Source: Vicinamibacteria bacterium
GTDB taxonomy: Bacteria > Acidobacteriota > Vicinamibacteria > Marinacidobacterales > Marinacidobacteraceae
Length of the DNA stretch: 64,000 nt
NCBI GenBank assembly: GCA_963668695.2
Contig: CAXXLQ010000004.1
Location: 3,328,001-3,392,000, forward strand
Direction of reading: 5' to 3'
The notes below the pieces were generated by a model, which made no database searches, had not been told where the DNA came from, and saw only the letters and a list, made by a program, of their open reading frames with translations. How positions within the stretch are numbered: position 1 is the first letter of the stretch; every line of letters begins with the position of its first letter. The position numbers and the translations under genes are program-made. Shown piece by piece: positions 48,712 to 59,013 of this stretch.

Positions 48712-51150
48712 CTACCGCAGGAACTCCTGGAGGCGCTGCCGGGCGAGCGCGAACCGTTCCAGAATCCGAGGGACCGGCAGCTCGCCGTACCGTGCGCGAA
48801 CCTCGGCTTCGGAGAAATCGAGAGCGCGGAGCAGATCGCGCGCCGCGGAGTCGGCCGCTCCCGGGTCGTAACTGCCCACTTCTCCGATCCATACCGGGGA
48901 CGTCTGCGCGAAGACCGAACCGTTCATGCCGGGCCAGCGCTCCTCTCCGCCGTGGGCCCGGGCCGCGACCCACCCCCCGGCCGGGAGGTTGAGGATTCCG
49001 CTCAGTTCGCGGACCCCCGGTCCATCGAGCCCCGACGCGGTGTCCACCACCTCCCCGTTCACCAGGAGATCCACCTGTCCCACCGCTCCGGTGGAAGCCA
49101 GGGTCAGAGTCCACGAGACCTCCCCACCCCGTTCGATCGCCCCGCCCGGGCGTTGCCCTTCCACCCGGAAGTCCAGGAGCGGTCCGGTGCTCACAAAGCT
49201 CCGTCCCGCGCGCAGCGCCTCCAGATACGGCCCGAGCCGGAAGGAACCCGGGACGTGTACGTAGATCCGTGCGGTACCCACCGCCATGGTCCGGTGGTAG
49301 TCGAGCATCACGTCGGTCCCGGCGGAGGCGGCGAGCGGCACCCCCAGATTCAGGAACCGGTGCCAGAGGTCCGCGGTGCCGAACTCGTTCGTCCACAGAC
49401 ACGCGACCTCCAGAGTGTCGAGATCGCCGAGCAGGGCGTCGGGTATCACCATGATCGGGATTGCGCCCAGACCGGCCTCGCTCCCGAAGGGATCCGGAAC
49501 GGACACGGGATGCATGTAGGCGCTCACCCCGCCCTGGCGCCGGGAATGTGCGAGCGCTTCGAGGTTCGGGCGGTCGTCGGCCTCATAGATCGGGTAGCCG
49601 GGCCCCCAGAACCACGGCCAGAAAGCGCTCTCGATACCGACAAGACCGAGGTGGCCCAGGAAATGGGATCGGATTTCCTGGCCGAACAGGATGGCGGGAA
49701 CGCCGTCCACCCGGCGGTCCGCGAAGAACTCGGTGTCGTTTCGCCGGTGGTGCAGGTTCGCCATCAGCGGGGTGCCGAGGTCCATGTCCTCGCCCGCGAG
49801 CAGCAACTGCAGATCGTCGGGTGAGAGTCGGGTGACGCCTCCGTAGTTGAGATGGAAGTGGTGGTCGGCGGAACGGTAACCATGAGCCCGCGCGTCCCAG
49901 AGCGGTTCGAAGACCAGATCAACTTCGGCGGTTTCCCCGGGCGACACCGCAACGGACGCCGTTGCGGGGAGACTCCCGAAGCCGTGGGTGGCGGTGATCT
50001 GCACCTCTCCCGGCGTGGCCACCGGAACTTCGACCTCGACCACGCCCGGTGAATAGAAGTAGATCCGTCCGTGGGTTCCGTCGAACCGCGGAAAGACGCC
50101 CGGGACAACCGCCGGATGCCCGACGGAGTCCAGCACCTCGAGCCGCGCCGGAACCGTCGCCCCATCCCCGGCCTTGCGCGTGGTGATCCGGACGCGGGCC
50201 AGCGGGGCGCCGAAATCCCAGCCGCGAATGGGGATATCCGTCACGGGTCCGCCCCGGGTGCTGATCTTCCGGAGGCGGAATCGTTCCGCTGCGTCCGCTT
50301 CGGTATAGATCACATGCCCGCCGTCGGCGGTAAACGCCGGAGTCAGCGGGAGTCCGCGGGCCGCTACCAGTTCCACCGGGTCCGCCTTTTCCGGATCCAG
50401 CAGCATCAGGCGGTAGCCGTCGCCCCCATCGCCCGCGGGCCAGTTCAGCGCCAGGACGGCCTGCCCGCGCGCGGCGCCGGGCCGGGCCTGAGACGCGATG
50501 GATTCCGCCCGGAGCGAGGTCTCGGCGCCGTCCGCGCTCCGCACGATCACCGCGTCCGGAGAGGACCGCCCCTTGGACAGATAGGCGAGGGATCCATCGG
50601 GGAGCGGCTGCGGCCGCACCTCCAGACCGCGGCGCTCCGTGACGCGCGAGGGTTCGCCGGTTTCGACCGACAGGCGCCAAATGTCGAGATCACCCTCGGT
50701 GGCGGCACTGAAGTAGAGGGTCTCTCCGTCGGGCGCCCACGCCGGGTCGAGAACGATGGATTCATCTTCGAAGAGCAGCGTTTCCTCACCGGTCGCGACC
50801 TCAAGCGACCAGATCGTGAGCCGCTCGGTGTCGTCGCGCAGGAACGCGAGCCGGCTGCCATCCGGATGCCACGCGGGCCTGCTGTCGGTTTCACGGCCGC
50901 TGGTCGCCCGGCGAGCCACCCCGGTCTCCGTGTCCAGCAGCCAGATCCAACCGCGAGCGGAAATCGCGATGGTCCGTCCATCCGGTGACGGGGCGGGGTC
51001 GGTGGGGCCCGCGACCAGAAGCGGCAACTCGAAACCCTCGACGTACACATGATGCGAGTAACCCGCGAGCTTCGGATAGCGGTTCGTCCACTGGGCAGAG
51101 ACGCTCCCCGGGACAAGGGCAGCCAGGATGGCCAAGGCAGCGAGTCTCAT
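48712..51150 (-). CDS. TolB-like (PD40) beta-propeller fused to a CehA/McbA-type metallohydrolase
   Basis: PAPSPDG, PAWHPDG, PAWAPDG repeats; ADHHFH, GQEIR..GH, YMHP, AGTD. Confidence 0.8.
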   Translation of the reverse strand: MRLAALAILAALVPGSVSAQWTNRYPKLAGYSHHVYVEGFELPLLVAGPTDPAPSPDGRTIAISARGWIWLLDTETGVARRATSGRETDSRPAWHPDGSRLAFLRDDTERLTIWSLEVATGEETLLFEDESIVLDPAWAPDGETLYFSAATEGDLDIWRLSVETGEPSRVTERRGLEVRPQPLPDGSLAYLSKGRSSPDAVIVRSADGAETSLRAESIASQARPGAARGQAVLALNWPAGDGGDGYRLMLLDPEKADPVELVAARGLPLTPAFTADGGHVIYTEADAAERFRLRKISTRGGPVTDIPIRGWDFGAPLARVRITTRKAGDGATVPARLEVLDSVGHPAVVPGVFPRFDGTHGRIYFYSPGVVEVEVPVATPGEVQITATHGFGSLPATASVAVSPGETAEVDLVFEPLWDARAHGYRSADHHFHLNYGGVTRLSPDDLQLLLAGEDMDLGTPLMANLHHRRNDTEFFADRRVDGVPAILFGQEIRSHFLGHLGLVGIESAFWPWFWGPGYPIYEADDRPNLEALAHSRRQGGVSAYMHPVSVPDPFGSEAGLGAIPIMVIPDALLGDLDTLEVACLWTNEFGTADLWHRFLNLGVPLAASAGTDVMLDYHRTMAVGTARIYVHVPGSFRLGPYLEALRAGRSFVSTGPLLDFRVEGQRPGGAIERGGEVSWTLTLASTGAVGQVDLLVNGEVVDTASGLDGPGVRELSGILNLPAGGWVAARAHGGEERWPGMNGSVFAQTSPVWIGEVGSYDPGAADSAARDLLRALDFSEAEVRARYGELPVPRILERFALARQRLQEFLR

Positions 51151-51247
51151 GGAATCACCTCGATTATTTGCGCTGGCGCCAACGCGCCGGTGACAGCACG
51201 GTCTTCGGGAGGTTTTGGCCGGGGGCGGGACTTACGCGCCCGGACGT

Positions 51248-51362
51248 GCGGCGCCGAGCGCCGCAGCGGTGGGGTGTGGGGAGGGGTTTCCCCTCCCCAC
51301 GAGAAACGGTGGAGAGAATCGCGAAGCGTTTCACGCCACCATTCCGTGGGAAAGCACCCCGC
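51248..51362. repeat. Repeat family C copy
   Basis: gcggcgccgagcgccgc..ggggaggggtttcccctccccacg..cgcgaagcg..ccgtgggaaagcaccccgc. Confidence 0.75.
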
Positions 51363-52257
51363 ACCCGGGGACCTCCTGAGATGTGGCGCCTCTCTCGAGC
51401 GGGACGTCATGCGGGGGGCTTTCTCCACGGATTGTCTGCTCGGCCACCGGAACATCGGTGACGAACATGAAACCCGGCGCGTGGGAAATCATGAACTCCG
51501 GTCCGGCGTTTCGACAGACGACCTGCGAGGTCACGCCGCAAGCCCAGAAGACCGGCACCTCTCCCGGGCGAAGCCCCCCGTCCTCCCCCCAATCGGGACA
51601 GGCGAGATCGTGGATCCCGAGCGCCGCCGGGTCACCGATGTGCACCGGGGCGCCGTGCGCCAGCGGCTGCTCGCCGCTGATCCGGACGGCATCGTCCACC
51701 CGCGCTGCAGGAATCGGCCTCATGGTGACCACGAGACGCCCGCGGAACGGGCCCGCGGGTTCGCAGTCGCGATCGGTGATGTACATGGGTACGACGCGGT
51801 CCTCGTCCTGATGCCGAAGCCGTATTCCGGCCTCCACCAGGCCCGCCTCGAACCCGAAACTGCAGCCGAGAAGGAAAGCGGTGAGATCCGGTTCCCATAC
51901 GTTCCGCACGTCCTGTAACTCGCGGTCCGGCGCCCCGCGCCTGGTGACCCGGTAACGGGGCAAATCAGTGCGCAGGTCGGCGCCCGGGGCGAGCGAGCGG
52001 AGCACCGGATGCTCGCTCACTGCGAGGAGCGGACAGGGGCGTGGGTTCCGCTCGCAAAACGATCGGAAATCGCCGGCAAGCGACCGTGGCAGCACGATCA
52101 GATTCGCCTGCGCGAAACCTGGGCAGACTCCGGAGGTCGTCTCCGTGAATCGCCCCTCACGACAGGCAGCACGGAGCGCCGCCGGCTCCGACCAGGGGCC
52201 GACGCTGCTTCCGGGCTTTCGCTCGTCAGAAACGGGAAGACGGCCCCGGTTCATCAT
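51331..52257 (-). CDS. DUF1445 / D-glutamate cyclase-like putative hydro-lyase
   Basis: [60 protein letters not shown]. Confidence 0.9.
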   Translation of the reverse strand: MMNRGRLPVSDERKPGSSVGPWSEPAALRAACREGRFTETTSGVCPGFAQANLIVLPRSLAGDFRSFCERNPRPCPLLAVSEHPVLRSLAPGADLRTDLPRYRVTRRGAPDRELQDVRNVWEPDLTAFLLGCSFGFEAGLVEAGIRLRHQDEDRVVPMYITDRDCEPAGPFRGRLVVTMRPIPAARVDDAVRISGEQPLAHGAPVHIGDPAALGIHDLACPDWGEDGGLRPGEVPVFWACGVTSQVVCRNAGPEFMISHAPGFMFVTDVPVAEQTIRGESPPHDVPLERGATSQEVPGCGVLSHGMVA

Positions 52258-52382
52258 CGCCCCGCCGGTCGACGATGCCGCCCTGGGGGGCGGCGTTCCC
52301 TCACACATGGCAGCCCTCCATCAGCGGGACTCTACCGGGACTTCGCCTCGCCGGACCAAGGAGGGATCCCGATTCGGCTACC

Positions 52383-52411
52383 TTGACCATGATCTGCGCG
52401 CTGCCTATACT
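52383..52411 (+). promoter_or_regulatory. Sigma70-type promoter of the rplM operon
   Basis: TTGACC-17 bp-TATACT. Confidence 0.75.
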
Positions 52412-52514
52412 GCCCCCTTCGGGCGACTCCGCGATCTCCGCACGTTCCGGCGGCATTCGGACCGGGACTTGCCGAGAAGCGACCCGCCCGAATTTTTTTA
52501 CTCTGGAACGCCTC

Positions 52515-52625
52515 GACCCCGTACTGTCCGACCCCGTACTGTCCGATCCCCCGCCGTCCTACTCCCCGCCGTCCTACTCCCTGCCGTCCTACTCCCTGCC
52601 GTCCTACTCCCTGCCGTCCTACCCC
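52515..52625. repeat. Two adjacent 15-bp tandem arrays (x2 and x5) in the rplM leader
   Basis: gaccccgtactgtcc x2; c(c/t)gccgtcctactcc x5. Confidence 0.92.
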
Positions 52626-52649
52626 GATTCGACCTCCGTCCTCAGCATC

Positions 52650-53108
52650 TTGTCCCGTTCGGCAGGCACGACCTTCGCCCGCGCCGGTGAAATCAGGCGG
52701 CGCTGGTTCGTGGTGGACGCGGGAGACCAGCCTCTCGGCCGTCTCGCCAGCCGGATAGCGCTGGTGCTGAGGGGCAAACACAAGCCTTCCTGGACCCCGT
52801 TTCTGGATTGCGGCGATCACGTGATCGTCCTCAACGCCGCCCGGGTCCAGCTCACCGGCCGCAAGGAAGAGCAGAAGGTGTACCACCGGACGAGCGGACG
52901 GCCCGGCGGTCTGAAGTCCAGAACCGCCGGACAGATCCGCAGTACGCACCCCGAGCGTCTCTTTGAGAGCGCGGTGCGGGGAATGCTGCCCAAGGGGAGT
53001 CTCGGGCGTTCGCAGTTCCTGAAGCTCAAGGTGTACTCCGGCGGCGAACATCCACACGCGGCCCAACAGCCCGAACCCCTCCCGGCCCGACTCGGCCCGT
53101 CATCCTGA
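52650..53108 (+). CDS. rplM: 50S ribosomal protein L13 (TTG start inferred)
   Basis: [44 protein letters not shown]. Confidence 0.95.
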   Translation: MSRSAGTTFARAGEIRRRWFVVDAGDQPLGRLASRIALVLRGKHKPSWTPFLDCGDHVIVLNAARVQLTGRKEEQKVYHRTSGRPGGLKSRTAGQIRSTHPERLFESAVRGMLPKGSLGRSQFLKLKVYSGGEHPHAAQQPEPLPARLGPSS

Positions 53109-53500
53109 TGTCAGAACCCCTCGCCTACGGGACCGGCAAGCGGAAGTGCTCCATCGCGCGGGTGTACCTGCGGAGCGGTTCCGGCCAGATCCTCGTCAAT
53201 CAGCGGCCCTTCACGGACTACTTCCCGAGAGAGACCTACCAGAACTGGGTCACCCAGCCGCTGCTCGCCACCGACCAGGGCACGGCCATCGACGTGGATG
53301 CCCGGGTCAAGGGCGGAGGATTGTCAGGACAGGCGGCTGCGGTTCGCCTCGGTATTGCGCGCGCACTGGTTGACAACGACGGACGGCTCCGTCCCGAACT
53401 CAAGCGCCGGGGTTTCCTCACCCGGGACGCGCGGCGCAAGGAGCGTAAGAAATACGGGCAACCCGGAGCCCGGAAACGCTTCCAGTACTCCAAGCGCTGA
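53108..53500 (+). CDS. rpsI: 30S ribosomal protein S9
   Basis: [32 protein letters not shown]. Confidence 0.97.
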   Translation: MSEPLAYGTGKRKCSIARVYLRSGSGQILVNQRPFTDYFPRETYQNWVTQPLLATDQGTAIDVDARVKGGGLSGQAAAVRLGIARALVDNDGRLRPELKRRGFLTRDARRKERKKYGQPGARKRFQYSKR

Positions 53501-53575
53501 CGATGGCTCGTCTTCTGCTTCCGAGCCTCCTCTAGCGGTCATCCGCCGGTAGTTGATCCCCCAGTAGTTGATTCG

Positions 53576-54496
<921 letters not shown>

Positions 54497-54560
54497 CCGG
54501 ACACCCTCGTTTACTAACGCCGCATCAGCCGTACCGACGGCTGGAACAGGAGATTCCGCA

Positions 54561-55187
54561 ATGGCCGCCATCAGCGCCCAGGACGTCAAGAAGCTCCGCG
54601 ACCACACCGGAGCGGGTTTCGCCGATTGCAAGAAAGCGCTCGTGGACGCCGACGGAGATTTTGACAAGGCCATCCGGTTGTTGCGCGAGAAGGGCGCCGC
54701 GGCAGCGGAACGCCGCGCGGGAAGGATGGCCAGCGAGGGACTCATCCACTCGTACATCCACGACCACCGGATCGGCGTGATGGTTGAGCTGTCCTGCGAA
54801 ACCGATTTCGTCGCGCGGAACCAGACGTTCCGGGACCTCGCAAACGATGTGGCGATCCACATCGCCTGCGCGTACCCCGCCCCGGCCCGCTGGGTCCGGC
54901 GCGAGGACGTGCCCGAAGAGGTGATCCGCGACGAAACCGAACTCATCCGCGCGCAATTGGCGCAGGATCCGAAGAACGCCAGGAAACCGGAAGCGATTGT
55001 CGAGCGCATCGTGGCCGGGAAGCTCGACCGGTTCCTCTCCGAGCGGGTACTCCTCGAGCAGATGTACGCCCTCGACGACTCCAAGAAGATTCGCGTTCAG
55101 GACCGGGTCCTGGAAGCGGCGCAGGCGATCAAGGAAAACATCCAGGTCCGGCGCTTCGTCCGGTTCGAACGCGGCGAACACGTCTAA
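54561..55187 (+). CDS. tsf: Elongation factor Ts (short form)
   Basis: VKKLRDHTGAG, CKKAL, ELSCETDFVA, RRFVRF; AGGAG RBS. Confidence 0.95.
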   Translation: MAAISAQDVKKLRDHTGAGFADCKKALVDADGDFDKAIRLLREKGAAAAERRAGRMASEGLIHSYIHDHRIGVMVELSCETDFVARNQTFRDLANDVAIHIACAYPAPARWVRREDVPEEVIRDETELIRAQLAQDPKNARKPEAIVERIVAGKLDRFLSERVLLEQMYALDDSKKIRVQDRVLEAAQAIKENIQVRRFVRFERGEHV

Positions 55188-55313
55188 CAGCCCCCGCCGC
55201 GTCCGTCCGGGTACCATGGCACCACTCGGACAGACCAGGGACGCGCGGGGCACAGGTCCCCTCTCGGCGCGGCCGTGGTCGCCGCACCTTTGCGATCCCA
55301 TGACGGGCATCAG

Positions 55314-56030
55314 ATGACCGGACCAAGACGGGTTCTGCTCAAGCTGTCCGGCCAGGCGCTCAAGGGCGAAGAGCACGCCGGAATCTCCACCGCGGAGGTC
55401 GAGCGGATGGCCCGGCTGATCGCCGCGGTCCATGGCGACGGAATCGAGACCGCGTGTGTGATCGGGGGCGGCAACATCTTCCGCGGCCTGGGGGCCGAGA
55501 CGCGGGGGATGGACCGGGTCAGCGCGGATTCGATGGGGATGCTCGCCACCCTGATCAACGCCCTGGCGATCCAGGAGGCGCTCGAAAAGCTCAGTTGCCA
55601 GACCCGGGTGATGTCGGCCATCACCGTCCGTCAGGTCGCCGAACCCTTCATTCGTCGCAGAGCCCTGCGGCATCTCGAGAAGGGACGGATCACGCTCTTC
55701 GCGGCGGGTACCGGCAACCCCTACTTCTCGACCGATACCGCCGCCGCGCTGCGCGCCAACGAGATCCGCGCGGATGTGCTCATCAAGGCCACCCGGGTTC
55801 CGGGGGTATTCACCGGAGACCCGGAAAAGGACCCGGGGGCGCGGCCGATCCGCCGGTTAACCTATCTTGAAGCGATCCGTCAGGAGCTTCGCTTCATGGA
55901 TACCACCGCGATTTCCCTGTGCATGGAGAACGACCTCCCGATCGTGGTGTGCCACCAGGACGACATTCAGGAAGCCGCCCGGGGCGCCGACGTCGGCACC
56001 CGGGTCGAGAAGGCGACCCGCCACGAGTAG
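55314..56030 (+). CDS. pyrH: UMP kinase
   Basis: RVLLKLSG, GGGNIFRG, GTGNPYFSTDTAAALRA. Confidence 0.96.
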   Translation: MTGPRRVLLKLSGQALKGEEHAGISTAEVERMARLIAAVHGDGIETACVIGGGNIFRGLGAETRGMDRVSADSMGMLATLINALAIQEALEKLSCQTRVMSAITVRQVAEPFIRRRALRHLEKGRITLFAAGTGNPYFSTDTAAALRANEIRADVLIKATRVPGVFTGDPEKDPGARPIRRLTYLEAIRQELRFMDTTAISLCMENDLPIVVCHQDDIQEAARGADVGTRVEKATRHE

Positions 56031-56051
56031 GGTCGCGGGGGAGCGGAAGCG

Positions 56052-56609
56052 ATGGCTCACGAGATTCTGGATGACCTGAAACGCCGGATGGACAAGACGG
56101 TCGAGGTGTTCGAGCACGAACTCGCTTCGGTTCGAACCGGCCGGGCCTCGGTGGCCTTGCTGGATTCGGTTCGGGTGGACTACTACGGACAACTCCTGCC
56201 GCTGCAGCAGGTAGCCACCCTCAAGACCCCGGACGCCAGCACCATCACCGTTCAGCCCTGGGAGCGCAACCTGTTGCCCGCGGTGGACCGCGCCATCCGG
56301 GCCGCCGATCTTGACCTGAACCCCAATTCCGACGGGACGACGCTCCGCATTCCGATTCCGCCGCTCAGCCAGGAGCGGCGCAAACGGCTCGCCAAGAAGA
56401 TCAGCCGGATGGCCGAGGAACACAAGAACGCCCTCCGCCAGGTCCGCCGCGACGCCAATCAGCGCCTCAAGAAGCTGGTGAAGAACAAGGAACTTTCCGA
56501 GGACCTGGAACACGACCTCGAAGCGGACGTGCAAGAGACGACCGATGCGTACGCGAAGCGCATCGGTGACATCGCAGCTCGCAAGGAATCGAGCATCCTT
56601 TCTATCTGA
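56052..56609 (+). CDS. frr: Ribosome recycling factor
   Basis: VRTGRAS, VDYYG, NPNSDG, PPLSQERRK, RRDAN. Confidence 0.96.
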   Translation: MAHEILDDLKRRMDKTVEVFEHELASVRTGRASVALLDSVRVDYYGQLLPLQQVATLKTPDASTITVQPWERNLLPAVDRAIRAADLDLNPNSDGTTLRIPIPPLSQERRKRLAKKISRMAEEHKNALRQVRRDANQRLKKLVKNKELSEDLEHDLEADVQETTDAYAKRIGDIAARKESSILSI

Positions 56610-57832
56610 TGCTCGCGGGAGAAACCGTGGCCACGCCCTACTCTTTTCTGACCCATCTGGAGTGTTCGAGGACCGGGCATCACCACGACGCCTTCGCGCC
56701 GCAGAATCTCTCGAACGAGAAGCACCCGCTCCTCGCCTGCTACGACCTCGACGCCGCCGCGGAGACCTTCACTCCCGCGGCGATTGCGGACCGGCCCTTT
56801 GATCTCTGGCGGTACCACGAAGTGCTGCCCATCCAGGAGGAGCGCCACTGCCTGAAGCTCGGGGAAGGCGGAACGCCGCTCACCCCCGCCCCTACCCTGG
56901 GCGCCGAACTCGGTATCCGGGAGCTGTTCATCAAGAACGAGGGGATGAACCCCACCGGGAGCTTCAAGGATCGGGGACTCTGCCTGGCAGTCTCGGCCGC
57001 CTACCAGTTCGGCGCTTCCGGCATTGCCCTCCCCTCAGCCGGGAACGCCGGCGGGTCCGCCGCTGCCTATGCCGCCCGCGCCGGAATGCAGTGCGTGGTC
57101 GCGGTCCCCCGGGACTGTCCCGAGGTGAACCGGATCGAAGCGTCGGTGTACGGGGCCGAGGTGCACTCGATCGACGGCCTGATCTCCGACGCCGGCCGGA
57201 TGATCGCGGAGATGGCGCCCGGGCGAGGCCTCTTCGAGATGGCCACCCTGAAGGAGCCCTACCGCATCGAGGGCAAGAAGACCTTGGCCTACGAGGTGTT
57301 CGAACAGCTCGGACGCCTGCCCGAGGTGATGATCTACCCGACCGGTGGCGGCACCGGGCTGATCGGCATGTGGAAGGCCTTCGACGAGATGGAGCGCCTC
57401 GGCTGGATTGGCTCCGAGCGTCCGCGGATGATCGCGGTGCAGGCCGAGGGCTGCGCCCCCATTCCGAAGGCATTCGACGAAGGCGCCGAGGCCTCCGAGA
57501 TGTGGCAAGACGCCCACACCGTGGCGTCCGGGCTTCGGGTGCCCAAAGCGCTCGGGGATTTCCTGATCCTGGCGGCCGTCCGGGCGAGCGGTGGATCAGC
57601 CATCGCGGTCTCGGATGAGGAACTCATGCGGGATGCGCGCCGGATCGGCGCCGCGGAGGGCATCTTCGCCGCGCCCGAGGGGGGCGCCTGCCTGAGCGCG
57701 CTGCGTCGCCTCCGCGCTGCGGGTGACGTAGCGAAGGACGACACCGTCGTCATCTTCAACACCGGCACCGGCGCGAAGTACGTGGAAGCCTTCCTCGGGC
57801 CCGGCGCCAGCCCCGCCCACGCAGAGTTGTAG
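56609..57832 (+). CDS. thrC: Threonine synthase (PLP-dependent)
   Basis: LGEGGTPL, NPTGSFKDRG, SAGNAG, EGKKT, PTGGGTG. Confidence 0.85.
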   Translation: MLAGETVATPYSFLTHLECSRTGHHHDAFAPQNLSNEKHPLLACYDLDAAAETFTPAAIADRPFDLWRYHEVLPIQEERHCLKLGEGGTPLTPAPTLGAELGIRELFIKNEGMNPTGSFKDRGLCLAVSAAYQFGASGIALPSAGNAGGSAAAYAARAGMQCVVAVPRDCPEVNRIEASVYGAEVHSIDGLISDAGRMIAEMAPGRGLFEMATLKEPYRIEGKKTLAYEVFEQLGRLPEVMIYPTGGGTGLIGMWKAFDEMERLGWIGSERPRMIAVQAEGCAPIPKAFDEGAEASEMWQDAHTVASGLRVPKALGDFLILAAVRASGGSAIAVSDEELMRDARRIGAAEGIFAAPEGGACLSALRRLRAAGDVAKDDTVVIFNTGTGAKYVEAFLGPGASPAHAEL

Positions 57833-57837
57833 AGCCC

Positions 57838-57990
57838 AGGGAACGCCGGTGCCGGCTTCCGACTGGCAGTGTGGCGCGAAGGCTGGGAACGCCGATCTTC
57901 AGACCGGCACCCGCGGCGCGCAGCGCCGCGGAATCCCGTAGAGCGACCCATCCGATGGCGCGAGAGCGGGAACGCCGACCTCCGGCCCAC
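57838..57990. repeat. REP-like family B cluster (gggaacgccg...)
   Basis: Three gggaacgccg-headed imperfect palindromes; relatives at 944, 13003-13160, 35440, 48640 and 62712. Confidence 0.55.
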
Positions 57991-58092
57991 ACCACCCCGC
58001 AAAGCGGAGCGAAACGCCCAGTGCGAGTAAGGCAGAGTGCGTAGCTCGTTCTATCCCGTTGGCCAACTCCTGATCAATCCAATCAACACCCC

Positions 58093-59013
58093 ATGCTTGA
58101 AATCAGAAACCTCGTCAAGGTGTACCCGGGGCCGGTCGCGGCGCTCCAGGGCGTCTCGCTCAAAGCCTCCCGGGGCATGCTGGGCCTCCTCGGGCCGAAC
58201 GGCGCCGGGAAGACCACCCTCCTCCGTATCGTTGCAGGCCTCCTGGAACCGACCTCCGGAACAGTCCTCCTTGATGGCGAAGACGTAACCACCGATCCCC
58301 GGCGGATCCACCGGCAGCTCGGTTACCTGCCGCAAGACTTCGGCTTCTATCCTCACCTGACCGGGGCGGCGATGCTCCGCTTCCTGCTGGTACTCAAGGG
58401 CGTGAAGGCGCCGCAGGGCGTAACGCGGCTTGCCGCGGAACTTCTCGAGCGCGTGAACCTGCAAGACGCCGCGAAGCGCAAGGTCGGCACCTATTCGGGC
58501 GGCATGAGGCAACGGCTGGGTATCGCGCAAGCGCTGGCGGGGAACCCGCGGATCATCGTCGTTGACGAGCCTACGGCCGGGCTCGATCCCGAGGAGCGGA
58601 TGCGGTTCTACCGGCTGCTCGCCGAAGTGGCCGAAGACCGGCTGGTGCTGCTTTCCACGCATATCGTGGAGGACATCTCCGTGTTGTGTCCGAGAGTGGC
58701 CATCCTGCACAACGGACAAGCGGTGGCCGACACCACCCCGGGCGAAGCGCGCGCCCGTCTTCGGGGTGCGATCTTCGAGGGGGCAGTCGCAAAGGCCGGC
58801 ATGGATGAAATAGCGCGGCGCTTCGAGGTCACCCAGGCGGTCCTGATCGAGGGGCGCAACCGGGTACGCGTCCATGTTCCGAACGGACCGCCGCCCGAAG
58901 GTTTCGAACCGGTCGCTCCGAGCCTCGAAGACGCCTACCTCCTCCTCACGCGGGACAGTGGATCCGGAAACGGCGTGCAGCCGCCGGAGGCTGAAGCGCG
59001 CGCGGGCTCGTGA
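58093..59013 (+). CDS. ABC-2 type ATP-binding protein
   Basis: GPNGAGKTT, YSGGMRQR, VDEPTAGLDP, STH. Confidence 0.93.
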   Translation: MLEIRNLVKVYPGPVAALQGVSLKASRGMLGLLGPNGAGKTTLLRIVAGLLEPTSGTVLLDGEDVTTDPRRIHRQLGYLPQDFGFYPHLTGAAMLRFLLVLKGVKAPQGVTRLAAELLERVNLQDAAKRKVGTYSGGMRQRLGIAQALAGNPRIIVVDEPTAGLDPEERMRFYRLLAEVAEDRLVLLSTHIVEDISVLCPRVAILHNGQAVADTTPGEARARLRGAIFEGAVAKAGMDEIARRFEVTQAVLIEGRNRVRVHVPNGPPPEGFEPVAPSLEDAYLLLTRDSGSGNGVQPPEAEARAGS

